From Craspedostauros australis (Eukaryota), in the NCBI GenBank assembly GCA_030167865.1, contig JALAGF010005194.1:1-59615 (forward strand): a DNA stretch of 59,615 nucleotides. The letters are read 5' to 3'. Under the pieces are notes generated by a model. It was not told the DNA's origin. It searched no databases and worked only from the letters and a program-made list of their open reading frames with translations. The first letter of the stretch is position 1; the number at the start of each line of letters is the position of its first letter. This document shows, piece after piece, positions 46,021-58,259 of the stretch. The position numbers and the translations under genes were made by a program.

Positions 46021-49000
46021 TAGCGATGCGGAGATACCCAGACGTCGCCTTTCCACCATGAGCGCGCCATGGCGCAAAACAAGAGAGGAACATCTCCGCG
46101 ACTGTTCCGCTGGCGCAATAATTTCACCGCTATTTTCGCTTCCAAGCGTGGTGACGTGGTGTGCTATTTGGCGCTGCGTCGTTCCAAAACCGATTCGGAC
46201 CAAAACAGGAACTCTCTGCTCCTGCGCTTTGTCAATCGACATGTCGTGTGTTGGGTCAGAGAGGCAGCACGCCTTGATGGTCTCGTCATTGCCCAAGTCG
46301 TTGGCGCTGGTTGCGATCTGCTGATACCGTCATCCTTTACATTGCATCCGTGACAACCAAGACAGGTCTACGTGTAGTCATCGCGACAACAAGTCTTGCG
46401 CTCTCTATGCTCCAGCATAGTTTACTGTACGAGCTTTAACATATTCTAATATTTGTCTGAACTCTACTCTCCACGAGCGTGCTCTTCATCCATCAACTAC
46501 ACGGAGTGAAGAACAAGAGTGTGGAGTGGCTCGTTTGTCATGCACAGTAGAACCGACTTTCAGCTCCCCCATTGCCGAAACAAGATGCCGACTTCACCTC
46601 CTTGACTTTACAGCAGATTGCCACTAATAGTGCCACATGTGCAGGCTGGCATGTACTCAAGGCGCTCGTTTTCTTTGGTTGGGGACGAATGTGTGGGCGA
46701 GGGGGACGAGTGAATCCACAGAGATGCCAATACCTTGTGGAACATGATGCCGCATACAACCGGTGGAGTATAGCAACAGACTAAATGCCGCAGCTTATTC
46801 ATTTGTCGGAGTTAATCCAAAGCGGACCCTATGAATGTTGTCACGACTCTACCGCCCGATTCGATCCGAAGGTGGGTGTTGCGCCCAACCTGCGCGCATG
46901 AACCAGGGTGCTCTCTCTCTCTGTCTGCTCACAAACTCTCTGTTTACTTTCATGTTTGAATCGCAGCCGGATGCAAACAGAAATCATGGGATGTCAAACA
47001 TCAAAAGCAACATCTTGCATCATGAAGGGTGACAACAACAACAACAACAACAACAATACAAGCCTTGGGTTTCTCTCCCTCTTCTTCTTTGCTTCCGAGG
47101 TCAGTATCCGATGCATGCAAGATTCACATCGGCCGCCACTACACCATCACCTTTCCATCACCCTGTGACCTCCCCCTGCCAACAATACTCGTACACGAGC
47201 GAACACAGGGCCTGCGATGCCCTCCCAAATGGCAACTCCTTCCTTTCCCGAGCGAAGTGACCAAGCACGCATGGACATGACAAGGGCAGGGCACAACACG
47301 CTGCACTCTCCGTGGCCAATCCAAATGCATCACTCGACAATAGTATCACCTCGCCCACGATACCGCACACGCAGATACAGAAGGGACGAAAAAGGCTGGG
47401 AGACGCAATCGCGCCAAGGGACGGCATCGGAGGTGGGATCAGGCTGATCTCTTGCGATGCGAACACTCTCTATTGTGCTAGTAGTCGTACAGATTCCATT
47501 GGAATGAGCCTGTGGGGCATTGTGAAGAATCTTGTGTTGTTACCATCGTCTTCGTCCACGATTACGCTTCTCCGTTCCACTTCAGCCCATCGCCCATTGC
47601 ATCGCTCTCGCAGCGCAATGGTGAAACAGTTGAGGACCCGTGATCATTCAGGATGGGGAAGACCGAGGGCTGAGCTTCTTCGGCACATCGAAGTGTTTCC
47701 CACAACCTCTCATTCGGTCACAAATTCACGGGTACTTACAAATCACACGTATCATGCGCATCAGCGTGGTGGCCAAAACAGAAGGCGGCCATCGTGATGT
47801 TGGTGCCAGAGATGGGTCGTGCTGTCCGTGATTCTCGTTGTGCCAAATCATGCTGATGTGGTGCACAAAGCACCTGCGGTTGTGTGTTGTGCTGTACTGT
47901 GCTAAGCTTTTCTCCACTTTGCTCTACTCGCTCGTCATCTACTCTGTTCGAGTATCATTGTGTGAGGCGCGGTTGAGGCGAGGCGTGTTGCGCAAGGATC
48001 CTTGTTGGTGGTTGATGTTGAACCTCTCCCCTGACGACACGCGACGGGAGTATCAATCAGGAGCGATCTCCAGGTCAGGCGGAGAAGCTGGATTCCCCAA
48101 CAGCAACAGCGACAGCAGTGACATCCACGGGGACTTCGCTGCACGCTTTTGGACACCGCCTGCCGATGATACTCGGCTCCCCCATCATCGTCATCCTCTG
48201 GATGCGTTCCCTTGAGACTGCCATGGAATCCGACTCTTCCTTTGTCAATTGCACCGTATCTCACGTCTCTCATGTGGCTTCACGCATCGTGCTGTGTGCA
48301 GATGTTTGTTGGACGAGGCTTGCTCCATGCCGACGGATACTGGGACTGCTCGTGCGATGGTACCGGTGGTTGCCTTTGTGTGGTACCAGGAGAGAGAGAG
48401 GGTCTCGCCCTTCCTGACGCATCCCATCATCAAGATGGTTGAGTACTGGTACGAGTGTGTGGATCGCGGCAGTGTGCCACGCGCGTGGTCCAGGAGAGAA
48501 GACCAGGATTTGATCATCTCGCTACCTGGCGTGTTCATGGTGGTTGTCGCGCGGCATGTTTCGTGTTGAGGTTGTTGGACTGTGATTGTCGTGTGTCGTC
48601 TGGATGCGCTCGACAAGTTTCTGTGAGATTGTTGTGATGCTGTCGAATACCGTGCTGTTCACGTGGTGTTGTGCGATAGCGCGCTATGACCAGCTATTTG
48701 TACTTGTGTGTACGCTCATGCCATCAATCACAGGATTGCCATGCGTCATGAAATGTCATCACGTTCGTGAACATCTAACCTCCATGGTCATCCGTTCGCC
48801 AAAACGGACTCAGCGATCTATTGAGAGTCACAATAACGGCGCTATCAACAGGAGTGAAATATATGCTGTTTCTGTTCAGGGTCATCGGAAGCACAAGACA
48901 ACCCAAGACATTTTGTTGTCTTGGGCTCATGGACGTGCCGAAACACCTCACACAGTTGTTGCTGCGATGGTCAGAATGCGGTTTTGTATCAACAACACAT

Positions 49001-50401
49001 GCGACCGTGTCATCTTTTCGTCTTGACTCGCATGTGTGGCAACAAGAGAGGATGGCTAGTCCCTTTGCGATTTTGTGGCTGTTGTGGTCGCTGTTGTGGC
49101 TGTTGTGGTTGCTGCTGCTGCTGTCCTTGTTTGATGCATGCGTCTTGTCCACAAACAAGTATCAAGATCCCCTCCTTCCACAACGATAGGGGAGCTGATC
49201 GATGCACACTGAGAGAAAGACAAGAACGCAAGCCCCTCAGCAATAAAGCGTGAGGCCGAACGCCATTCCGTGTCTGGAGCGACAACTGAGGCAACAGAAA
49301 CAGAATCGAAACGGCTCAGAGGGACAAGCAGAGGCGAACGAAGAAAGCCAAGGAGAGGGAAAAGGAAAGGAAGGGAAACAAGAGAGTACCCAGGCCGCAC
49401 ACGAGGAGGAGCCTGGTCGCCCCTCTCCACATCCAACAGCGACGACGACAACGACAACGACAACATCTACGTACATCCACATCTGTTGCTCTGGGCGGTA
49501 AGCTTCTGCCATCGCTGTTGCTCTCTCTCTCTCTCTCTCGCACACACTTGGATCTGTTAGACACAACACCACAAGAGACGCAAAAGGTGAAGAACCAACA
49601 CTATCATCCACACGACAGAACACAAGCGCAAGCACAAGCATAAGAAGAAGCACAAGTCCAGGAACAAGCGCAAACAGTCACACACTCGTGCCTGCGCAGA
49701 CTAAACAAACCAAAGGGCACAGAACGAAGGACACAGCGGAGTCTCGGAACACCAACCGCCGACCACAAACCCTCCGCTCCACCAGTTACTCTGCAGTTGC
49801 ATTCAATCTTGCAGAACCAAGCTCAGGAAGTCAGCATCACAAAAGGCAGCAAGGCAGCAAAGCAATCGAACGATCGAACGATCGATTGATAGGAATTGCA
49901 TTTACGCCTTCGATCTTGCCCACCCCAACGCCTCTTCCCCTCGACTTGTCGGTTCGTGCGTCTCCATCCACAAACATCTCCGGAGCCAGCCAAGGCAAAG
50001 GTCATTGCAAATACTCTTTCCGCCACAATACGATACAAAGTGGAACTGCACCCGCGGTCACATCCTTCATCTCTCGTATTATACTCTGCTCACAGAGCCT
50101 TTGCTTGTGAAGGCGCAAACCGAGAGGTAGACGGAACATCACAACGAGTAGAGCTTGACAGGAACATCGGCGACGCCACCGACTTCTCGTCGTACCCAAG
50201 ACCAAGCCAACTTGATCGCCCAGCGAGAGATCACAGGCGGTGCCACTGTCGTCACCAGAGCTCAGCACAAAATCGTTGCAAGTCAGGGCAGAGCCGAGCA
50301 CCAACCTGGAACGTAGTGCCACAGCACAGCAAGCAACCCCAACACGCAACGCATAGCCAACCTGAGGCAAGGAAGCACAGTGCACATATCACATCGACAG
50401 C

Positions 50402-52771
50402 ATGTGCGACAATCGCAACCGACTCGTGCAGAACTCCCGATCACGGCGGCTCAGCCGAAAGCGATCGCCGCACCGTCTCAGAGAGCACAGACAGCAGACA
50501 TCCCAGAATCGGTACGATTGCGGCTTCGATCAGGAAGAATCCGTCCCAACCAAATCGGTCTCCTTCCACGATGTGGAGGTCATCGAATTGCCGTTCGAGT
50601 TGGGAGACTCTCCGGCGATATCGGCTGGAGGTCCTCCTCTGACGATCGGGTGGTCTGCGTTGCGGCGGACGACCGTCGCCGTGCCCGTCTTTGAGCAGCT
50701 GCGGCGGCGCAAGTGTCCAAGAGACACGCGGCGGGCTCTGCTCATCTCCAAGTCGAATCGCGAAAGGATGTAAGTTCTGTACGAGTATTTCATGTGGGTG
50801 CTGTGATATCCTGTGCCAAACGAGGATGTTTCGTTGAAGAAGCGGGTCAACCAAGCGTGCAGGCAGGTGCGCGTTGCGTTTGAATACGATAGGGGCAGAA
50901 ACTGAGACCCAGAGAGCTGCTCAACGATGCTCCACGTCATGTTTCACACTCGTGTGCCCATTACTGACCAATATGCGAGCCTTTTGTCTCTCTATTGGAA
51001 TGGTTCGGTGTGATCGCCCTCATCCTCGGTTGCCTTGGGATGTTCCTCGTTATCTATGCCACGATGAATGTTGTCATGCCACATCTCTGCTCGTCACTCT
51101 GAGCACAGCCTGAAGCAGGCCGGATATACGACAGAGGAAATGGACAGAGTGACGCTAGAAGTGAAACGACTGAGACGCTTGCGGATGCTATCACAGATTG
51201 ACAAGGATGACCGACGCAGTTACTACGGAGGCGGTGGTGGATCCGGTGGTGATGACCTATCCCTGAGCCATGTGAGCATCCATGCATCGTCATCATTCTC
51301 GGATGATGAGCTGTCAGTGAACGACCTGGAAAACGACAGGATGCGGGACCGTCAACGCAGATCGCAGCAAAGACAGCAATCCGACAGACCAACCATGCCA
51401 GGCTACCGCGATGGATACCACAGCCTCTCATCGATCGAGACATTCATGTCGCCACCCAGAGCAATGACGGCGTCTTCCTCTCAGCGGAGCCCCACGGTTG
51501 CTCATGATGACTTCAGCAGATCCAACCATTATTCTCCATTCTATCATCTCACCAACCGCTTCGATCGGATCAAGATGACGTCCGACTCCGGCCTGGTCCG
51601 TCAGCCTCGGCGGCTCAGTTCACCGGGATCTCCCAATATGCGGAAGGTCACCGTGCCGCGGCCAAAGCCCTTCCGATCCAGAAGCCATGATGAGCTCATG
51701 ATCCAACCCGTCAGGAGGTGCTCACCACCTCCGTTGCAGCTGCGCCGCAAGCTCATGGACACGATCCACAAGCAGTCCCATGGCCGCCGCAACGTCGCCA
51801 TTGATGCATCGGATAATCGATCCACGCAACTGGCTTCTGGCTTGGGCAGCGTCCAGCTACCGGACATCATCAGCCCTGATGTGCCGAGCCGAGCCACCGT
51901 CCACCCGTCCATGACGCGTGGTGGCGGTGCTGCGGCTGCTGCTCCTGAACGTGATGATGCCCGCAATGATGAATCAGATGCTGGCGACGCAGCAAGTAAA
52001 GATGCTGATGCTACTGCTCATGGCGGTTTCATTTCATCAGCAGACCATCATCGTGGAAGTAGAGACAACACCTGCAATACCAATGATGGTGACGATGATG
52101 ACGATGTCGTCAGCCTCGATGATGACAGTGAGCACTCGGAGGCACTGAACGACGCTTCCGAGTACTGCGAATCGAATGCAGATGCAGTGGTCGTGACGGA
52201 TGATCATGTGATGGACAACAGACTAGATGACTACTACAACGATGGTCACGATGGGGACGCCAGCACCGTGTCCAACAGCGACAGCGACATTTCCATCTAT
52301 GATCACTTTGATGTGGATGGCGACGACGAAAATTACGACGATGACGACGATGACGGTCATCGCCATGGCCACCACCATCACACAAACATGAATTCACATC
52401 ACTTCCGCTTCATGAGCGGCAACGAGCATGCAAATCAAGCCAACAGGAACACGGCAGCAACAAGAGTCACGGCCTATCGGTTGAAATCCAACCCGATGGT
52501 GCAGCAGTTCAAGAAGATCACGAAGGCCATTCGCAACAGATCAAGCGGCAACGACCAACCTGTGATGCCCAAACGCCCAGGCCTGTCACGCGACATCCCG
52601 GTGCGTCACATCCAACGCTTGCCATGCTACCCCGACGATCTCAGCCACTCCATTTCCAGATCCTCCCAGCTACCTCCGTTGCCACGCCACAAGGGCCACA
52701 AGCGTCACGATCAGCCTCATCTGCCACCGCCGCCTCCTCCGCTATCCCCACCGATGTACACCTGCCCATAA
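50402..52771 (+). CDS. Uncharacterised 'VxF...LGDxP...GPPLTIGW' family protein, 2 exons (50402-50769, 51109-52771), 676 aa
   Basis: KSVSFHDVEVIELPFELGDSPAISAGGPPLTIGW...FEQLR. Intron 50770-51108 (GTAAGT...CACAG) joins NRER-I-LKQAGYTTEEM in frame. Disordered acidic/His/Pro C-terminus. Confidence 0.85.
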
Positions 52772-53787
52772 TCATTTCTGGGGATGATCTTCGGCGCATT
52801 CAACTTTGCTTCATTGCAATACGCACGAGCTACGGCACATCCGCGCGCTCATCAGATGCAGCACAGGGCAGGGCAGGGCAAGACAGAGAGAGAGGGAGAG
52901 AGAGCAAGTTGCTCCACAATACTATACTCGCGCACATTCCGAACTCAAAAGCACCGGGGTTGGACCTAAGTGCTGTGGAATACGAGGGCATGAACATGCA
53001 TATTCCATATGATTCTTGATCTCTTTACATCACACCAGCACAACACTGACTTCCTTCTACACACAATAGAAATGCATAAGTAATACCATCTTCTCACCTT
53101 TGATACCGCTTATAGAATATATTACATGCCAGTCGAGAGCTGGTTGATGAGATGTGCATACTCGTAGGTCGTACATGCACGAGTGTATGGTAGGTGGTGC
53201 CGACTGGTTGAAGAGAGGGCTCACTCCGTTTGAATGTAGAAGTCTACACGCTCATTCCCGTTTCGGGTTGAGTCGTTCAAATACGTGACTAAAACGTGAT
53301 AGCGCTCGACCGAACGGACTGCTTTGACGTTTTTCGTTGGCTGTTCCATGACTGACTCATCGACCAACTCACAAAATGTTGAGGTGTTCTCACATCACCC
53401 ATCTTCCACGATCGTCGATACGAGGAAAGCACGTTGACGAACATGCCAACAGCAATGATGTGGAGAGGAGACAAGGACAGCAAGGGAAGGAAGAGGTGTT
53501 GATGACCATACACACCTCTTCCTTCGGTTTGCTACGAGCCATGCCGCGAGCCATGCTACTCGTATGATGTGCTTTGGCATGGAACCACACCATCTCACAA
53601 AGACAGAAAGCTATTAGTGCAGAATAGAATAGAGGAGAGTACGATCGAGAGGGCTCCACAACGAAGTCAAGAAGACGACATTGGAAGAGAGATACGGTCA
53701 TTGGCGAGCACAACACAACAACAACGCTCCACACTCAGCACACAGCAACAAATACACTCAACACATTAGAATCGTACCAATACTAAT

Positions 53788-55965
53788 ATGAGAGGCTTCG
53801 GCAAGGTCCTTTCGACGCTGCTGGCCGCATCCACCCCCCAGCAGGGTCCCATGACGGCCAAGCAGGTGGTGTCGGACTTCGGGGCCTACTACGATCGGTT
53901 GAGAGATGGTGCATCCGTCTTCCAGAGAGCATCTCCGACCATCAAGTTCAATTACGTCACTCCGCCGACGAACGAAGGTGAGACCTGGCAGGACGACTCG
54001 GTGCTCAACCTCGATGCCTTCATCATGGACGAGGCCGTCGGCGCACGCGGCATCCTGGACGGGGTCGCCAACAAGTACGGCGATGAGAAGCCCATCGCGC
54101 TGTACCTTCCGGGATTGGACGGCTACGGCATCTCCGCGGCGTCGTGGCAGTTCGATGACCTGTCCAAGGCCTTCGAGCTGTGGCGCCTCACCATCGATGG
54201 GGATGATCGGTCGTCGCTCGGGGATGTCATCCGTCACGTGTCGGACTTTTGTCAGCAGCTTCCAGGTGATTCGCAGCGCCCTGTGTACCTCATCGGTGAG
54301 AGCTTCGGTGGATTGCTGGCGCCGGGCGTGGCGTTGAATCTCCAAACCCGCGTGCGTCAGAATGCGATCGCGTCAAGCCCCATCAAGGGCATGGTCATGG
54401 TCAATCCTGCCACGTCTTTCGACAAATCCAACTGGGACGTCCTGGCGCCGCTGCTCACCATGCTCGAGGATCTGCCCATCAACGGGCGCACCAATCCGCC
54501 ACCATTCGGTTTGCCGTCGCCGTACGCCGTCATCGGCAGCGTCGCTCTCGGCGCCATCGTGCCCAGTTCGAAGCAGTTCGATCAGATCGTTGACCTCATC
54601 CTCAAGTTCGCGCGCCCGGGCGCTGATGTGCAGGACTTCGTGGGCAGCGTCGTCGACCTCTTCAAGATGACGGCCCAGAACCTGTCGGCCGATATCATCA
54701 ACCATCGCATCCAGAAGTGGCTCATGACCGGCGCCTCCGTCATCAACGAGCGTCTCGATACGCTGGACATTCCGACCTTGGTCCTTGTGGGTGATAACGA
54801 CAAGCTGTTGGGATCGACGGAGGAGGCTGAGCGACTGGAAGGCGTGCTGCCTCAGTTCGAAAAGCTGGTGGTGCGCGGTGCGGGGCATTTCGCACTGGAC
54901 GGCGCCGTCAACCTCACTGAGGCCATGATCTACTCCAACCTCGATCCCATGAACCGGAAGGAAGGCAAGGCGTACGACATGATCAACGACTGGACGGTGC
55001 CATCGCAGGAGGACATTGACACGGCGTACACCACGGTGGTCAAGTCGATGGAGACCAACTTCTCCCCCGTATACTTCAGCACGATGCACGATGGCACTCG
55101 GATTAATGGCATCGACGGTATCCCGCGTGGCGAACATGAGGGGCCTCTGGTCTTCGTCGCCAACCACCAGCTGCTCGGTCAGGACCTCAATCTCGTGGTG
55201 AGCAAGCTCCTGCAGGATGATCTGGTGGTGAGAGGGCTGGGTCATCCCATCATCTTTGCGGATTCCAAAGAGCCAGCGCTCGGCGGTAGAACTCCAGGGC
55301 TCGTCCCGCCCAAACCCGACGGCAGCGCCCTGCAGTTCCAAACCAGCCTCGGCAACTTCCAAAAGTTCGGTGCCGTCCCGGTGACACCACGCAACTATTA
55401 TCGATTGCTTCAGTCGGGACAGAACGTGCTTCTCTTCCCCGGCGGCGTCCGCGAGGTGTTCCACGGTCGCGACGAGGCGAATCAGCTGTTTTGGCCGGAG
55501 AGGGTGGACTTTGTCCGAACGGCCGCGCGCTTCAACGCCACGATCGTTCCACTTAGCGCCATCGGCATGGCCGAAAGCAGCGTGCGCATTCTTGACAGTT
55601 CCGACATTCTGGATCTTCCCGTTCTGGGTGAACGTGCGAGAGCCTTCGCTGCCAATGTCACCGCCGCCCGCTTCGACATGGCCAATGAAGACGAAGTCTT
55701 CTTGCCACCGATCGTCCTGCCGGGTGCGCCGTCGCGCAACTACTTCCTCTTCGGCAAGCCGGTCAGGACGCATGATCTCGATCCGAAGAACAAGGAGGAG
55801 TGCGAACGCGTGTACAAAGAAATCAAATCGGCGACGCAGAAGGGGCTGGACGACCTGGTGAAGGGCAGGGAGCGCGATCTATTCTCCGATGCACCACAAC
55901 GGCTTGCCTATGAACGGTTGGTCCGTGCGCGAGCTCCCACGATCGATGCGTCGGTCTTGAATTAA
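53788..55965 (+). CDS. Phytyl ester synthase (PES)/ELT-like protein: alpha/beta-hydrolase + DAGAT-type acyltransferase, 725 aa
   Basis: LYLPGLDG, VYLIGESFGG (GxSxG), VNPATSF, GAGHF; then FVANHQLLGQD (HxxxxD), VRGLGHP, FGAVPV, LLFPGGVRE, FVRTAARF, YFLFGKP. Confidence 0.9.
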   Translation: MRGFGKVLSTLLAASTPQQGPMTAKQVVSDFGAYYDRLRDGASVFQRASPTIKFNYVTPPTNEGETWQDDSVLNLDAFIMDEAVGARGILDGVANKYGDEKPIALYLPGLDGYGISAASWQFDDLSKAFELWRLTIDGDDRSSLGDVIRHVSDFCQQLPGDSQRPVYLIGESFGGLLAPGVALNLQTRVRQNAIASSPIKGMVMVNPATSFDKSNWDVLAPLLTMLEDLPINGRTNPPPFGLPSPYAVIGSVALGAIVPSSKQFDQIVDLILKFARPGADVQDFVGSVVDLFKMTAQNLSADIINHRIQKWLMTGASVINERLDTLDIPTLVLVGDNDKLLGSTEEAERLEGVLPQFEKLVVRGAGHFALDGAVNLTEAMIYSNLDPMNRKEGKAYDMINDWTVPSQEDIDTAYTTVVKSMETNFSPVYFSTMHDGTRINGIDGIPRGEHEGPLVFVANHQLLGQDLNLVVSKLLQDDLVVRGLGHPIIFADSKEPALGGRTPGLVPPKPDGSALQFQTSLGNFQKFGAVPVTPRNYYRLLQSGQNVLLFPGGVREVFHGRDEANQLFWPERVDFVRTAARFNATIVPLSAIGMAESSVRILDSSDILDLPVLGERARAFAANVTAARFDMANEDEVFLPPIVLPGAPSRNYFLFGKPVRTHDLDPKNKEECERVYKEIKSATQKGLDDLVKGRERDLFSDAPQRLAYERLVRARAPTIDASVLN

Positions 55966-58070
55966 TGATGTTCTTGGAACGCATGGCAGTGTGATACGTT
56001 GGTCGCAAGGTGGAGTGCGAGATGAGTGGAGATGGCTTCAGAGAGATGCAAGGAAGGAGAAGGAGAAGGCCAGTCACCATATTGTTGGTGGCATCGGCTC
56101 GGCATCTTACGAGAATGATGGGCAATATCCTCTACACAGAATAGATGGTCCTCTTGTCGATTCTACCCAAGATTGATCCGTTGCGTTTCATGCTTAGAAC
56201 TTGATTCGATGCAGTGATGTTGTCCATCGAAAGGAAACAAACGCTTGTTGGGACGAGTGCACGTGCGAAGAAGTGGTTGATCCTGCTCGCGTGACAGAGG
56301 GAGACATCACCCGATGCACAAGCCCAATGAGCTCATGGATGAGTGTCAGAGTGCCTTGTCAGGTCTGCACAGATAGTATACAAGCTACAAATGGTCACTG
56401 ATTGTCAGGTATGGTCTGATCTCAACGAATGTGTACCTATGATCCCCTGCCGTCAGGATCTTGGTTTGTCGCTTATGTATAATACTCCTCTAGTGCATCA
56501 TGTTCGATCTATGGTGCGAACACATCCGCGTCCTCGGCTCTTCCATCATCTTTCCGTTTTGGCTCAAGGACTTCCTACTGCCGATGGGAAGGTGCTTGCT
56601 GAGGTGCTTGCTGAGGTGCATGATACCTCTGTTCTTCGTTGGTGTTGTTAGCATGCCTTCACTCCACGATCGTCATCGCAATCATGATCGACTGAGCTTT
56701 GCCATCGACCACACTCTGTCTGCAAGTGAAGAGATTCTGAGATTCATTTGGCGCGATGCATAGTACAACCACGCGTCATGCATCTGGCTGTGACGTTGTT
56801 CCCGAACGTGGAAGTACTGTCATACTACCTCGCTTGTGTTGTATTGTGCACCAGCATCAGCATCAGACCAAGATGTGGCAAGATGGTTGGGTTGGTCCAC
56901 ACAGTCAGACGTAGAATATGTCAGTGTTGACCGTTCATCCCGACGCGAGTCAGACTGGATCAATGAGGCTGACGGTGTTCCTGTGACATCCCACCACCAT
57001 CGACAACGATGCAAGAGCATGGATGAGCAACAGTTAAGTCTCCTGGTCCACGCAGGAGGTCTGGGAAGTGGTGATCATGTGCCACACGTGATGAGATGCG
57101 ATTCATCGTATTCGAATCTCAGTGAAGAATCAATGTTGCCATTGTCGCCACTGAGGAGATATGTGTGTGTCTGTGCATTGGAGGAGGGGCGATCGCATTT
57201 GCAGGCGAGGGCTAACATTCACGAGAGTGCAAAGTCATGATAATGTGATAAATCTACATAGTTTCGGAGACATCAAATGTAGTCAGGATCTTGCTATTCT
57301 CGTCTTCGTCGCTGTCATCCGTCGTGGTTGCTTCCATGCCAGGCGTAGCCGACTGCAGCGTCGAAGTCTTCTTGTCCATCCGTCCGTCGAGGCATCGTCG
57401 TTGTGAGCAGGATCGTGCCTGCCGGCGATGTTCCGTGCATCGTGTCCCAAATGTAGCATTCCGGCTGGTTTGGGTCACAGATGCAGGAAATACAGAACGA
57501 TGGACTTCTTCGTCGGCTGTTGATAGTGGTTGTTTGATTCGCTTGATTATAGGCTGAGCCTGGCCAAGGAAGCGGCGCGTGTGTCAGATTGTGCGTTGAA
57601 GGGTGCTGAGCTTTTGCCGTCTCCAGTTTTCTCCAGTTGTTGTGTGCTGTGCTGTTGTTTTGGGTGTTCTTGTTCATGGCGTGGAACCGCCACCAATTGT
57701 TTTGAAGTTGTTCAGTACTGAAGTGTGTGGCTTGCTATTTCTGCCAGAGTGTCCTTTTATGTGCATGCGGTTCTTTGCTTGAGTGATGTGGTGTGTTTGT
57801 TCTTGTGTATTTCGGTGATGTTGATCTTCAGCACTCTGTCCCTGAAACGAACAGGGGCGCGAAGGCGGGAGAAGGAAGGACAGACCTCACGAGGGCTTTT
57901 CGAGGCTGGTGTCTGGCGCACGGCGTTGCGCGCGGATTCTGGTGGCGGGTGACGGTTGCCCTGTTGGTTGTTCGGTGGAGCACCATCATCCCTTCGATGC
58001 GCAGGAGTTGCCGTGAGGGCACCAGCCCACCACCATCCCAGCCCCAAATGGCCTCGTCTGCGGCCGTGCC

Positions 58071-58259
58071 CTACTGGCTGTATCTTCTCTCTGCCTCGTT
58101 CTCGAATGGGAAGCTGTTGATGACGGAGACCAGCGATGGGTCGTTGTACTGCTTCGGTTTCTTGTCCATGTCCTGAACCGCTTTTGAGTAGCTGGCTGAT
58201 GGTTCGTTCCAGGTGTCCTTGTTGGCGTCTGTCTTGGTTGCGTCTGGCTGAGTGGTCAT
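58071..58259 (-). CDS. Possible 62-aa small protein
   Basis: ATG in accaccaagATG context after a CA-rich leader, protein-like composition and C/G-ending codons. No domain recognised. Confidence 0.35.
   Translation of the reverse strand: MTTQPDATKTDANKDTWNEPSASYSKAVQDMDKKPKQYNDPSLVSVINSFPFENEAERRYSQ

Noticed and set aside
45450..50300. Short ORFs among microsatellites
   Set aside because: Built from simple repeats; no supportable gene model.
53189..53290. tRNA gene suggested by A-box/B-box-like words
   Set aside because: No acceptor stem or anticodon arm could be built; kept only as a low-interest structure.
54373..55773. 466-aa minus-strand ORF
   Set aside because: Antisense shadow of the PES-like gene.
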